Assembly: GCA_039916665.1 (NCBI GenBank)
Contig: JBDSKX010000061.1
Span: forward strand, 57,055 to 121,054
Direction of reading: 5' to 3'
Source: Chryseolinea sp.
GTDB taxonomy: Bacteria; Bacteroidota; Bacteroidia; Cytophagales; Cyclobacteriaceae
Length of the DNA stretch: 64,000 bases
Under the pieces are notes generated by a model. That model did no database searches. It was not told where the DNA came from and worked only from the letters and a program-made list of their open reading frames with translations. The translations under genes and the position numbers were made by a program. Of the stretch, positions 20,465 to 29,878 are shown piece by piece; position 1 is the stretch's first letter; each line of letters starts with the position of its first letter.

Positions 20465-21193
20465 CTTTTGACAGACTTTGCAGTAGAAGGTGCGCCGTTT
20501 GGTGATACCAAGATATTTTTTTTGCAGGTCATTATTGTCACGTGGGCATTTTTTTCGGGTATATGCTTCCCAATGTTTTTTCAATGTGCCCTCGCGTTTC
20601 CATTCAAGAAATTCTTTACTGTACTTAATACATTCCTCAATAATTACATTTCGCTTCAACAGAGGAATTTTCCCTATGCTGCTTTCCGGATGTATCTTCG
20701 TTCGAAAAAGAACCTCATTCTTGATAATGTTTCCAACGCCCGCAAAAATGTTTTGATCAAGGAGTGCGTCACAGATGAGTGTTGATGGGTGCTTTTTAAG
20801 CTTCAGCAGTGCCCCCGAAGAATTCCACTTACTGTTCAATACATCGCCCGTCCAATCATAATGTTTATTGACAGGACCTTCCAGCGTAGTAATGGAGCAT
20901 GCATAAAAGTACAATGATCTACCATTGTCGAATTGCAAACCCAGTTTAATAATTCGTTTGGGTTTGGGGACGTCAATGGCGTACGAGCCAAACATCAGAA
21001 AATGTACCTTCACTGTAAATTGAGCGAAACACAGAAGCAAATGTTTACCCCATGTCTTTATCGATACAAGTTTGGCGCCGTGAAGCCTTCCACAATCAAC
21101 CTTTTGGGTCGTGCCACTCGCTTCTTCTACATTCCTTCCCGAGAGAAACTTGATAGCCTCCTTCACCAGGACTATGGAAGGTCCTTCCGGCAT
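20453..21193 (-). CDS. Fpg/Nei-family DNA glycosylase/AP lyase
   Basis: N-terminal PEGP, WGKHLL, H2TH motif AGVGNIIKNEVLF, C-terminal zinc-finger-like segment. Confidence 0.92.
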   Translation of the reverse strand: MPEGPSIVLVKEAIKFLSGRNVEEASGTTQKVDCGRLHGAKLVSIKTWGKHLLLCFAQFTVKVHFLMFGSYAIDVPKPKRIIKLGLQFDNGRSLYFYACSITTLEGPVNKHYDWTGDVLNSKWNSSGALLKLKKHPSTLICDALLDQNIFAGVGNIIKNEVLFRTKIHPESSIGKIPLLKRNVIIEECIKYSKEFLEWKREGTLKKHWEAYTRKKCPRDNNDLQKKYLGITKRRTFYCKVCQKLYR

Positions 21194-21397
21194 ATTGTTC
21201 GCATTAGTTTAAAGATCATACGATGCGATCTCATGTGATATTCTTATGCCAGACATAAAACACAGCCATTGAGAGTTTATCCATTGCTATTACAATCGAT
21301 CGTGATGCGTTAATACTACAGCTGTGTGTGATAAACCTCAATTAAAAAAATGTTGTTACATCAACAGTACTTCTATTGATTTGATAATTTACCGGAG

Positions 21398-22618
21398 TCA
21401 GAATAAAACCAACTGTTCCCCTGAGGGCGCTTTGGCTTTTCCGGAAACAGTTCTGCCTCCATATTTGTAAGAATGCTTTCGTTCCTGTTCGATAACTTTT
21501 TCGAACGAAGCAGGTTCTGGTTCGAAACCTTTTTCGAGGTTTTGAGCGATAAGAGTAAGGCTTTTGATCGCCTGGAATTTATCCGTGTCTCCAATCTTTG
21601 CTTTTTCAACAGATCCCTTGAGAATATCAATTGTCTCATCGTAAATTTTCGTTGGAACGGGAAACGGATGACCATCTTTGCCGCCATGTGCAAATGAAAA
21701 ACGTGCCGGGTCACTAAATCTTGAAGGCGCACCATGGATCACTTCGCTTACAAGTGCCAGCGATTGAATCGCCCTTGGGCCGACTCCCTCCAGCAATAGA
21801 AGGGATTCGAAATCGCGGAGCTCTTTTTCATGCGCAAGCGCGAGAATACTTCCAAGTCTTTTAAGATTTACGTCTGCTTGTCTGACATCATGATGTGATG
21901 GCATAACAATTTTCCGAATTTCAGGTAATATGTAAGCAGGGTCTTCTTTCGTGATGTCAACGATACTTTGCTTTGCAGCTCCGGATTGTGCGTCCGTCAA
22001 ATTTAAAATCACCCCTTGATTATAACCATAAATGCTTGTATGTGGTGTTTCCAAAAATGAAGAGAACTGTTGTGAATGCCAATGATAGCGCCTGGCCATA
22101 CCGGTACTTTCATTCATCCCTTGCTGTATGACCGACCATTCGCCTTTGTCGGTAAGTACGAAATTGTGCAGGTAAATCTGGAAGCCATCCTGGATTGCAG
22201 TGTTGTCGACTTTTGCAGAAAGCTTGCTCGAGCGTACTAGGGAATCTCCATCAAGTCCTGTTTTGTCGGACAGCATCATAATTTCCTGTGGTGTTTCTCG
22301 GCTATGCTTGCCCTTCCCGCCGCAGATATAAATTCCAAGTTCCTGAAACCTCGGGTTAATGGCTTTTTTCAATGCGCCCATCACTGACGTTGTTATACCC
22401 GACGAATGCCAATCCATTCCCAATACACTTCCGAAGGCCTGAAACCAGAATGGATCGCTAAGGCGACTGAGTACCGCCGATTTACCATATTCAAGAATGA
22501 TAGACTCAAGGACGGCGCCCCCGAGAGAACTCATTCGCTGGGCAAGCCACAGTGGGACATGACCATAATGCAATGGAAGATCAGCATGTCGGTTACCGTT
22601 GAAATTTGTGCGGGACAT
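21398..22618 (-). CDS. DUF763 family protein
   Basis: ADLPLHYGHVP, GMDWHSSGITT, LSAKVDNTAIQDG, FSFAHGGKDGHP. Confidence 0.92.
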   Translation of the reverse strand: MSRTNFNGNRHADLPLHYGHVPLWLAQRMSSLGGAVLESIILEYGKSAVLSRLSDPFWFQAFGSVLGMDWHSSGITTSVMGALKKAINPRFQELGIYICGGKGKHSRETPQEIMMLSDKTGLDGDSLVRSSKLSAKVDNTAIQDGFQIYLHNFVLTDKGEWSVIQQGMNESTGMARRYHWHSQQFSSFLETPHTSIYGYNQGVILNLTDAQSGAAKQSIVDITKEDPAYILPEIRKIVMPSHHDVRQADVNLKRLGSILALAHEKELRDFESLLLLEGVGPRAIQSLALVSEVIHGAPSRFSDPARFSFAHGGKDGHPFPVPTKIYDETIDILKGSVEKAKIGDTDKFQAIKSLTLIAQNLEKGFEPEPASFEKVIEQERKHSYKYGGRTVSGKAKAPSGEQLVLF

Positions 22619-22787
22619 TGTTGGTTTTCTGTAGTCTCTAATGTATGAGAAAAGCTGCGGGGTTCAACCAAAGAGACAAAGCTTTGTCTAAGAATCTCTT
22701 TTAACCATTGTGGATATTTCCCGTCGAAGCGTTTCCTAATTACTCAAAAATCTTCATACAATATTCGATTAGGGGTGTTTCATCAAC

Positions 22788-22802
22788 TGGCTCGTTTTTT
22801 AT
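22788..22802 (+). promoter_or_regulatory. sigma54-like promoter motif TGGCTCGTTTTTTAT
   Basis: 29 nt before the SRPBCC ATG. Confidence 0.45.
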
Positions 22803-22831
22803 GCATAGTAAGATGATCCTTTGGCATAAAT

Positions 22832-23275
22832 ATGAACTCCACGAGTATAGTTACCAAGCGCATCGCCATCCTGGCTGAACCCAAAGATGTATGGGAGGCC
22901 CTTACAAATCCTGAACTAACTCAAAAGTATTTTTTTCGGTGTAAAGTTTTTTCAACGTGGAAGGAAGGTGATCCAATAACGTTTAAAGGACGAATGTTTC
23001 TGATTAAGAAAATTCAGTTAAATGGCAGGATTATCAAAGTAGAGCCTGAACGATTGTTGAAGTATACGTTGGTCAATGAGGATGCTAAGCACGGAACTTC
23101 GACCTCCACGGTTACGGATGAACTTTGTTATGTGAAAGGCGAGACGATTGTTTCGATTACAGATGACGTGGGGCAAGGCCCGGGGTCAGAAAAACGATAT
23201 GAAAGATCAATGAAGGGGTGGGATAAGGTTCTTCGTGGATTAAAAGAAGTTGTTGAGTCACGTCGGGCGGCGTAA
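22832..23275 (+). CDS. SRPBCC/AHSA1-like (START superfamily) protein
   Basis: VWEALTNPE, VEPERLLKY, C-terminal GWDKVLRGLKEVVE. Confidence 0.88.
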   Translation: MNSTSIVTKRIAILAEPKDVWEALTNPELTQKYFFRCKVFSTWKEGDPITFKGRMFLIKKIQLNGRIIKVEPERLLKYTLVNEDAKHGTSTSTVTDELCYVKGETIVSITDDVGQGPGSEKRYERSMKGWDKVLRGLKEVVESRRAA

Positions 23276-23319
23276 TGATCTTCATTTTTTTAAGGTTCTG
23301 ATTTTTTAAACTATTTGAC

Positions 23320-24282
23320 ATGAAAGATATCGAAAGTCGAATACACGAGACCGATCAAGACAGCGGATATTTTATAGTTGCTGATAAAGTATGGGGCAAA
23401 AAAGATAAGTTCGTAAACTATTACATGGTGCAGAGTTTTGCCAATGATGATTGGTTTTTGGTGGATGGAGGTCTTAAATGGTCGTCATCCAATATAATTG
23501 AAATGGCGGCAGATCTTTTTGGAGCCGGTCATTTGCCGAAAGGAATTTTCTTAACGCATGGCCATTTTGATCATTCAGGTTCTCTGCCGGAGTTGCTTCA
23601 CCATTGGGATGTTCCGGTGTATGCCCATGAACTCGAACTTCCATACCTCACAAATCAATCGGCATACCCGCCTGCAGATCCCGAGGTTGGCGGAGGAATT
23701 ATGTCGGCGCTGTCATTTATGTTTCCGCAAGGTCCGATCAATATTAGCTCCAACGTGAGGAAGCTTCCAGGTGATGGTTCGATTCCTGGCTTTTCCGAGT
23801 GGAGATACATTAATACTCCTGGACATTCGCCAGGTCACGTGAGTTTGTTTCGTGAACATGATAGCGTGTTGCTTGCTGGCGACGCATTTCTGACTACGAA
23901 AGCTGAATCAGCCTACCATGCTTTTACGTACAAAGAATCCGTGTCTGGGCCACCCAAGTATTTTACCTATGACTGGGGTCTTGCCAAAGAGTCCGTTGAA
24001 AAATTGTGTGCGCTTAGCCCTAGCGTGGCTGCGACCGGACATGGAAACCCCATAACCTCACCGCAATTGGCGTTTGAGTTGAATAACCTATTGAACAATT
24101 TTGATGTTATAGCTGTCCCTGAATTTGGGCGATATGTAAATGAGCCTGCAATAGTGAATAAATTTGGTTTGGCGTCCTGTCCACAACGAACTGGTTTGAT
24201 GCCTATCATCAAAAAAGTTGTCGCGTATTCCAGTTTGTTACTTTCGGCTTGTGTTATCGCGTATCGATGGAAGAGGTCATGA
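23320..24282 (+). CDS. Metallo-beta-lactamase-fold hydrolase with a C-terminal hydrophobic tail
   Basis: THGHFDH, TPGHSPGH, LLAGDA, TGHG. Confidence 0.9.
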   Translation: MKDIESRIHETDQDSGYFIVADKVWGKKDKFVNYYMVQSFANDDWFLVDGGLKWSSSNIIEMAADLFGAGHLPKGIFLTHGHFDHSGSLPELLHHWDVPVYAHELELPYLTNQSAYPPADPEVGGGIMSALSFMFPQGPINISSNVRKLPGDGSIPGFSEWRYINTPGHSPGHVSLFREHDSVLLAGDAFLTTKAESAYHAFTYKESVSGPPKYFTYDWGLAKESVEKLCALSPSVAATGHGNPITSPQLAFELNNLLNNFDVIAVPEFGRYVNEPAIVNKFGLASCPQRTGLMPIIKKVVAYSSLLLSACVIAYRWKRS

Positions 24283-24300
24283 GTATAAGATTCTCAGTAT

Positions 24301-24771
24301 TCAAAATGGGTCTTTTGAGTTCTCTGCTGTAATGGCACGATCAAGGAATGGAACCTGAGACGGGTTGATCATTTTCATTGCCTTCTCCAGATTCATCCAT
24401 TCGCCACGGTCTGCTTCAGGAATCTCAATGACCTTTCCCGATTTATAAGGATATTCAATTTTGATCTTGTTGGAGAGGATCTTGTCTTGCTGATTCCATT
24501 CTCCAATAAACGACCAAACGTGTAGGATCTTTCCTGCTTTTGTCTTCAGGCGACCAAGATCATGATAGGGAGGAACTGGTTTGATCCCAGTCTCTTCAAA
24601 AAATTCACGTAGCGCAGTGTCTAGCAATGATTCATTCCCTTCTGCTAAGCCCTTGGGAATACTCCACGCGCCGTCATTCTTATGTGCCCAGAATGGACCG
24701 CCAGGGTGAATAAGAAAGAATTCGGGTGAAGCGTCGACGTTGCGACACATTAACATTCCAGCACTAAGCAA
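24301..24771 (-). CDS. NUDIX hydrolase (TTG start)
   Basis: HPGGPFW, WSIPKG...ALREFFEETG Nudix box; no in-frame ATG upstream before the stop at 24811. Confidence 0.85.
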   Translation of the reverse strand: MLSAGMLMCRNVDASPEFFLIHPGGPFWAHKNDGAWSIPKGLAEGNESLLDTALREFFEETGIKPVPPYHDLGRLKTKAGKILHVWSFIGEWNQQDKILSNKIKIEYPYKSGKVIEIPEADRGEWMNLEKAMKMINPSQVPFLDRAITAENSKDPF

Positions 24772-24791
24772 ATGAGTGGGTTTGGTTAGTT

Positions 24792-25004
24792 TTAAGAAGA
24801 ACTGTCTTTGTCATTCTTTGTGTTGCCTTTTGACTGTCGTTTTTGCTCACCAGTAGATTCACCACGCTCTCTGACCTGTTGGGGCGTAGAGGTTTCCTCC
24901 TTTGAAGTATCATAAGAGGTGAATTTTCGATCATCCTTCTGGTTTCCCTTGGTTTTGGGCGTTTTATTCTCACGATCGTTTGGATTTCGAGGTTCATCTT
25001 TCAT
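24792..25004 (-). CDS. 70-aa highly hydrophilic, probably disordered protein
   Basis: MKDEPRNPNDRENK...; dominated by K/E/D/N/S/T/R/Q; promoter-like motif 20 nt upstream. Confidence 0.6.
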   Translation of the reverse strand: MKDEPRNPNDRENKTPKTKGNQKDDRKFTSYDTSKEETSTPQQVRERGESTGEQKRQSKGNTKNDKDSSS

Positions 25005-25024
25005 ATAGTTTTTGATATGAGGGT

Positions 25025-25039
25025 ATAAAATTGAAGCCA
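25025..25039 (-). promoter_or_regulatory. sigma54-like promoter motif TGGCTTCAATTTTAT
   Basis: 20 nt before ATG 25004. Confidence 0.4.
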
Positions 25040-25201
25040 TTAAAAAGATCACTATTTGGTACGGTAGGCGACTTGGTAGATTATAAATGCGAATTTCCTT
25101 TCTCAGCACCGTTACATAAGTTACACATAAGGACATTTTTCCAGTGTTGAGATATAAAAAGTCTGATATGTAAAGTCTCGGTAGAGAAACTTCTCATAAA
25201 T

Positions 25202-25234
25202 AAAAAACTCCAGGATTAATCCGGGAGTTTTTTT
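25202..25234. terminator. Intrinsic (bidirectional-type) terminator
   Basis: AAAAAACTCC-AGGATTAATCCG-GGAGTTTTTTT, downstream of the YciF-like gene. Confidence 0.75.
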
Positions 25235-25263
25235 ATAAGGCTTAATAGTTCGTTTCTTCAGAA

Positions 25264-25818
25264 CTACTCAGCGAAGTGTGCCTTGTGTAGTGTGATCTCA
25301 CTCAGCGCTCTCAGGCTTTCGCTGCACAATTTTTCCTCTATTAAAGACTCAGCCAGTGATGAGGCAACGTTTTCTCGTCCGATAGCATTTGCTATTTTGA
25401 TCAGCCCTTCATAGGCAGCTATTTCATAAGATACAATTCGCTCCGCTAAAAGAATAACGCTTGCGTCTCTTGTTGATGTACCGTCATCAGTGAATTCAAG
25501 TATTTCCGAAGCTTCCTTGCAAAGGCCGCTGATCGCTTCACACTTCCGTGCATCTATTGATTCACCCAGTAATTCGAGGATGTGTTCCAAACGATTCACC
25601 TGATGTTTTGCATTTTCGATCTGAGCTTTGATCGACCGTTGGATCTCCCGGTTGAATGTTCCATTGCTGAGGCTCAAAAGGGTCCTTATCAAGTGATTTT
25701 CCGACCAGTACGTTTCACGGATTCCACCAAGTAAGCATTCATAAATTGGACTGTTAACTGATGATTTTGTATGACTGTAGAAATCAGTTTTCAATAAATC
25801 GATCATAGTGGTGCGCAT
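25264..25818 (-). CDS. YciE/YciF (DUF892) ferritin-like protein, divergent
   Basis: YWSE..L, VNRLE, KCEAISGL, RDASVI, YEIAAY, EEK; ATG 25818 or 25806. Confidence 0.85.
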   Translation of the reverse strand: MRTTMIDLLKTDFYSHTKSSVNSPIYECLLGGIRETYWSENHLIRTLLSLSNGTFNREIQRSIKAQIENAKHQVNRLEHILELLGESIDARKCEAISGLCKEASEILEFTDDGTSTRDASVILLAERIVSYEIAAYEGLIKIANAIGRENVASSLAESLIEEKLCSESLRALSEITLHKAHFAE

Positions 25819-25837
25819 GTGAATTGTTTTCGACAAT

Positions 25838-25852
25838 AGAAATATTGTGCCG
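25838..25852 (-). promoter_or_regulatory. sigma54-like promoter motif CGGCACAATATTTCT
   Basis: 19 nt before ATG 25818 and 31 nt before ATG 25806. Confidence 0.45.
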
Positions 25853-26351
25853 CCTAATCGCCATTATGAACAGTGATACAAACGTTAACGGAAATCAAAA
25901 TGGGATTCTTCTCCCCAATCTGTGGAATTTTGTTGTGGGCAAATTGTGATTAAGGGGAACGATTGCTTACCTCAGGTAAATCAATAACATGTCAGACAGA
26001 AGGTTTAATCCGGTCTTTCAATGAATAGTTATGGCCGCGAGACCAGAAAAACAACACGCATTTTTCGTGTGCCAGAATTGACAAAACCTGGCAACATACT
26101 ACGGCATGATAATAATAAAGTAACTTCTACCCACATCAGCAAGCAAACGACGATAAATTCTTTGTCAATATCATCGTTCATTTCTATATGATCATCATCA
26201 TTGCTTTTTCAAGGTTGGTTCTTTTGATTTTTGTGAAATGTAGAATGACGCATATGCGCACCGTGGAATAGTTGACACACTAAAATGCTTGCTTGGCTTT
26301 ATCAACCGTTAGATCGATGGTATTCCGAAGGATAACGTGAGATGCTTGAAT

Positions 26352-26366
26352 TGGCATGCTTTTGAA
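26352..26366 (+). promoter_or_regulatory. sigma54-like promoter motif TGGCATGCTTTTGAA
   Basis: 24 nt before ATG 26391. Confidence 0.5.
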
Positions 26367-26390
26367 ACTCTGTTTGCAAATACATCGATT

Positions 26391-26729
26391 ATGAAGACTT
26401 TAAATATATGTTTGGCCGTCCTGCTCACGCTTTGCGTGAAAGTTCAGGCGCAAGATTCCACTAGCGCACCCGTTAACCAAGGTGATCCTGCCTTAAGGCA
26501 ATCCAGCAAAGTAGTTCAGGAGAACATGTTAAAAGACATGGTTAAAATAACTTCGTCCGAACTGCCTGACGCAATAAAAAAAGCTGTGGAATCTGACAAA
26601 TTTAAAGGATCAAAGACTTATTATAAGCATAAAAATAGAGAGGAATACTGTGTTGAAGTCCGGGATGGTGAAGTGTCAAGTTATCATCTCTACGACAAAG
26701 ACGGTAACCCATTGAATAAGCGCAACTGA
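26391..26729 (+). CDS. Secreted/periplasmic hypothetical protein, PepSY-like (BLIP-like) fold suspected
   Basis: Signal peptide MKTLNICLAVLLTLCVKVQA; ELPDAIKKAV...YCVEV...LYDKDG pattern. Confidence 0.7.
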   Translation: MKTLNICLAVLLTLCVKVQAQDSTSAPVNQGDPALRQSSKVVQENMLKDMVKITSSELPDAIKKAVESDKFKGSKTYYKHKNREEYCVEVRDGEVSSYHLYDKDGNPLNKRN

Positions 26730-26777
26730 TATGGATCTTAAATGTGGGGTGCAGCCCTTCTGTACTTCACATTTGTT

Positions 26778-29234
26778 TTAATCTGTTCTTAAAAAAGCAA
26801 TTGGGTTGCTCCTCGCTACCCCTATTGTTTTGAATGACAAGGTAATCATAGCAACTGCCAGCAGGAATAATCCACTCCCTGCGAATACCCACCAACTGAT
26901 CGAAGTTTTATAGGCAAAATATTCGAGCCATCTATCTACTGCATACCACGCAATTGGTGCGGCTAGTGCAAATGCAATGAGTACCAACTGAACAAATTCG
27001 ATTGAAAGTAATGAGACGATTGCCGTGACTGAAGCACCCAGGATTTTTCTTATGCCCACTTCTTTCTTTCTGGTTTCTGAAGTGTACAACACCAATCCAA
27101 GCAATCCAAGACAGCTGATCACAATTGAAAGTCCCATAGCCCAATTCAGCAATTTTGAAGTCTTCTGTTCCGCGGCATAAAAATTCGCAATCGTTTCATC
27201 GAAAAAGCTATAAGTAAAGTCTTCAGACGGATAAATCTCCTGGTAAGCTTTCGAAATATTGGCAATAGTGGCTTGCCAATCATTTAGATTATTGTTCGTT
27301 GAAGCCAAGCCAATATGGAAAATGTTTCCTTCTCCTCCTTTAAAAACGAGTGGGCCCATCATCATTCTAGACGTGCCTTCATGAAAATCACCCATCACGC
27401 CTACGATCGTCAGACTATGATTTTTGCCCTCCAACAAGTGTTCACCAATCGCCTTGGTAGGTTGAGCAAATCCCAATGCTTTTGAATAAGTTTCATTGAT
27501 AACGGCCTCATTGTTCCTATCCTGGCTTATGTTTCGGCCAGCCAAAATCTTGATATTATATAGTGGTAAGAATTTGGAATCACCCCAGCGAACATTGACT
27601 TGCACATTGTTGTTTTCCTGTTTGCCATTTTGATAGCTGAAGTTTCCAAAAGCCATGCCCTCCATAGCAGGTGGCGAAAATCCTACACTTACGACTTCCA
27701 CGCCGGATAATAAAGCAATCTTGTTCCTGAGCGCTTGGACATGTCTGTTGGTTGCGTCTCTGGGCGTTTCAAAATTCAGAATAGCATCTTTTCGATATCC
27801 AAGATCCTGATTGATCGAAAAATGAATTTGCTTGGATACCATAAACGCTCCGATCACAAAGAACTGCGCGATAAGGAATTGTGAAACGGTCAATACTTTT
27901 CTTAGTCGCCCGCTGCGTGTAGCACCACCGGTAATTCGGTTCTTAAGTGCTTGAACAGGCTGCAACGCAGACATGATGATCGCCGGATAGAATCCTGACA
28001 AACACGTAACGACGAGAACAAGAACAAATACGAATAACATTGAGAATGCATCTGCCCATATTTTGTATTGCAATAATCCAGGCGGAAGAAAATCACCAAA
28101 GATCTGAAGGATCAATGGTGTAATTCCTATGGACACAATCGCGGAGATGGATGTGATGCAGAAAGTTTCAATTAAGAATTGTGATATCAGCTGTTTTTTT
28201 AAACCCCCGATAGTTTTTCTAATGCCAATCTCTTTTGCGCGAATGGTTGCCTGCGCTGTGCTAAGATTGATGAAATTGATGCAGCCTAAGAGCAAAAGAA
28301 ATGCGGCGATGGCGAGCAAACCCAACAATACATCTTTGTTAGCAACACGCTGACCGTATCCAGCGTATGTCGTACTGAAATGTAGTTCATTAAGAGGAAG
28401 TAATGAGAACGATCTTGAATTCTTTGGATCTTCAAGTGACTTCGCGTCGTATTTCCGGATCAATCTGTTAAGCTGAGCAGTTACCGATGAGGGTTCAGTG
28501 CCTCGATTTAATTTTACGTAAGCTTTTGAATATGCCATCCAATCATTCCAGACATTCATCATGTAACTGTCTTGTCGGTATGTTTTGGCAATCGATGCGT
28601 ATGATATAAACTCCAGAGACGTAAAGTCTGTGTTTTGATCGAGATCTTTCACAATGCCTGTGACGTACGCGCTAAGGTCTTTGTCATAGATAATCTCACG
28701 ACCTATAATCGATTCATATGACAACCCTGGAAAATATTCTATCGCTCTGCTTTCCGTAAGTACTGTAGAAAAAGGTGATGATAGTGCATTGCCAGGTTTG
28801 CCCGTAATCCACTCAAAGGGTATAAGTTTAAAATAGTCATCATTTGTGAAGACGATCTCTGCTTGCTTTTTGATTATCGTTTGCTGTTGCGTTCCAGGCC
28901 TTGTGATGGCGACGGTTACCGTACCGTTGCCCTGGAACTGCATTACCGGTACTGTTGCCTCTACGCCGGTCACTTCATTTGCTATTGCCGGCGCAATGGG
29001 CGCGGGAATGGCAGAGCCATAACCTTTCATGTCGCCGAATTTGAAATCCATTACGACCTTGTATATGCGATCGCCATCTGGTTCAAATTTATCAAACGTG
29101 AGTTCGTGTTTCGCAATCACAAAGATCACTATAGAAGCAGATAGGCCAATCGAAAGGCCCAGGATATGGATAAACGAAAAGATTTTGTTGCGTTGAAAAT
29201 GACGGAAGGCGACGCGGAAATAATTCTTGAGCAT
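26778..29234 (-). CDS. MacB/FtsX-family ABC transporter permease
   Basis: MLKNYFRVAFRH start, CINFINLSTA...RAKEIGIRK, RKKEVGIRKILGAS, C-terminal NPIAFLRTD. Confidence 0.93.
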   Translation of the reverse strand: MLKNYFRVAFRHFQRNKIFSFIHILGLSIGLSASIVIFVIAKHELTFDKFEPDGDRIYKVVMDFKFGDMKGYGSAIPAPIAPAIANEVTGVEATVPVMQFQGNGTVTVAITRPGTQQQTIIKKQAEIVFTNDDYFKLIPFEWITGKPGNALSSPFSTVLTESRAIEYFPGLSYESIIGREIIYDKDLSAYVTGIVKDLDQNTDFTSLEFISYASIAKTYRQDSYMMNVWNDWMAYSKAYVKLNRGTEPSSVTAQLNRLIRKYDAKSLEDPKNSRSFSLLPLNELHFSTTYAGYGQRVANKDVLLGLLAIAAFLLLLGCINFINLSTAQATIRAKEIGIRKTIGGLKKQLISQFLIETFCITSISAIVSIGITPLILQIFGDFLPPGLLQYKIWADAFSMLFVFVLVLVVTCLSGFYPAIIMSALQPVQALKNRITGGATRSGRLRKVLTVSQFLIAQFFVIGAFMVSKQIHFSINQDLGYRKDAILNFETPRDATNRHVQALRNKIALLSGVEVVSVGFSPPAMEGMAFGNFSYQNGKQENNNVQVNVRWGDSKFLPLYNIKILAGRNISQDRNNEAVINETYSKALGFAQPTKAIGEHLLEGKNHSLTIVGVMGDFHEGTSRMMMGPLVFKGGEGNIFHIGLASTNNNLNDWQATIANISKAYQEIYPSEDFTYSFFDETIANFYAAEQKTSKLLNWAMGLSIVISCLGLLGLVLYTSETRKKEVGIRKILGASVTAIVSLLSIEFVQLVLIAFALAAPIAWYAVDRWLEYFAYKTSISWWVFAGSGLFLLAVAMITLSFKTIGVARSNPIAFLRTD

Positions 29235-29262
29235 AGACTTTAATTTAGGTAAGTCTTGCTTT

Positions 29263-29277
29263 GCCAAGTTAATGCCA
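29263..29277 (-). promoter_or_regulatory. sigma54-like promoter motif TGGCATTAACTTGGC
   Basis: 28 nt before the permease ATG; palindrome TCCG-TAAT-CGGA about 55 bp upstream (29331-29342). Confidence 0.5.
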
Positions 29278-29595
29278 GACACAGTGATCTGTCAATGAGA
29301 TTGTTATATTAATTCAAGTGGTGGCTAGCGTCCGTAATCGGAACGTAGTGTTCGGTGGCGTTGTCAAAAACCCAAACGCTTCTTTAGGTTTGGCAGCTCT
29401 GTTTTGATCAAAATCCTTTTTCTCATTTTCGTCGTGAAGCAAGCTGACGTATAACTACCTGACTGTATGTCGGAGAAGGTAACGCTCATTTCATTGCCTT
29501 AGCGTGGCGCGGAAACCCAGCAGCCCTATTATAATAATCCGACAATAATACCTCCACAATCATTCTTGATGTTCCTGATATTAACTGTAAGGTTG

Positions 29596-29635
29596 CTTTG
29601 TGCGCGATGGTGAGAAACCACCATCGCGCACAAAG
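29596..29635. repeat. Perfect 17-bp inverted repeat (hairpin)
   Basis: CTTTGTGCGCGATGGTG-AGAAAC-CACCATCGCGCACAAAG. Confidence 0.9.
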
Positions 29636-29679
29636 AAAAATGCTCGAAGTGTTGACTTGATAGCCTTCACATTTAAGGG

Positions 29680-29847
29680 TTACTTTTTAAATATCGATGC
29701 CCCAAATACAAGGACGATGATGAACCCCACGAGGAATATGAAGAAAAGTACTCTCGCGATATCAGCAGCACCTTCAGCAACTCCGCCGAAACCAAAGATC
29801 CCGGCAATAATAGCGATGACAAGAAATATAGCGGCCCAGCGTAACAT
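29680..29847 (-). CDS. DUF1328 (UPF0391) small membrane protein, 55 aa
   Basis: Not in the ORF track. [55 protein letters not shown]. Confidence 0.93.
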   Translation of the reverse strand: MLRWAAIFLVIAIIAGIFGFGGVAEGAADIARVLFFIFLVGFIIVLVFGASIFKK

Positions 29848-29878
29848 AGTATTGTTGGTTTAGTTTATTTAACCGATG

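Noticed and set aside
26020-26180. About 50-codon minus-strand ORF (MNDDIDKEFIVVCLL...) in the long yciF/PepSY-like gap
   Set aside because: No family resemblance and no promoter or translation evidence
29490-29565. Short hydrophobic reading (LWRYYCRIIIIGLLGF) resembling a small membrane protein
   Set aside because: No start codon, too short, likely chance
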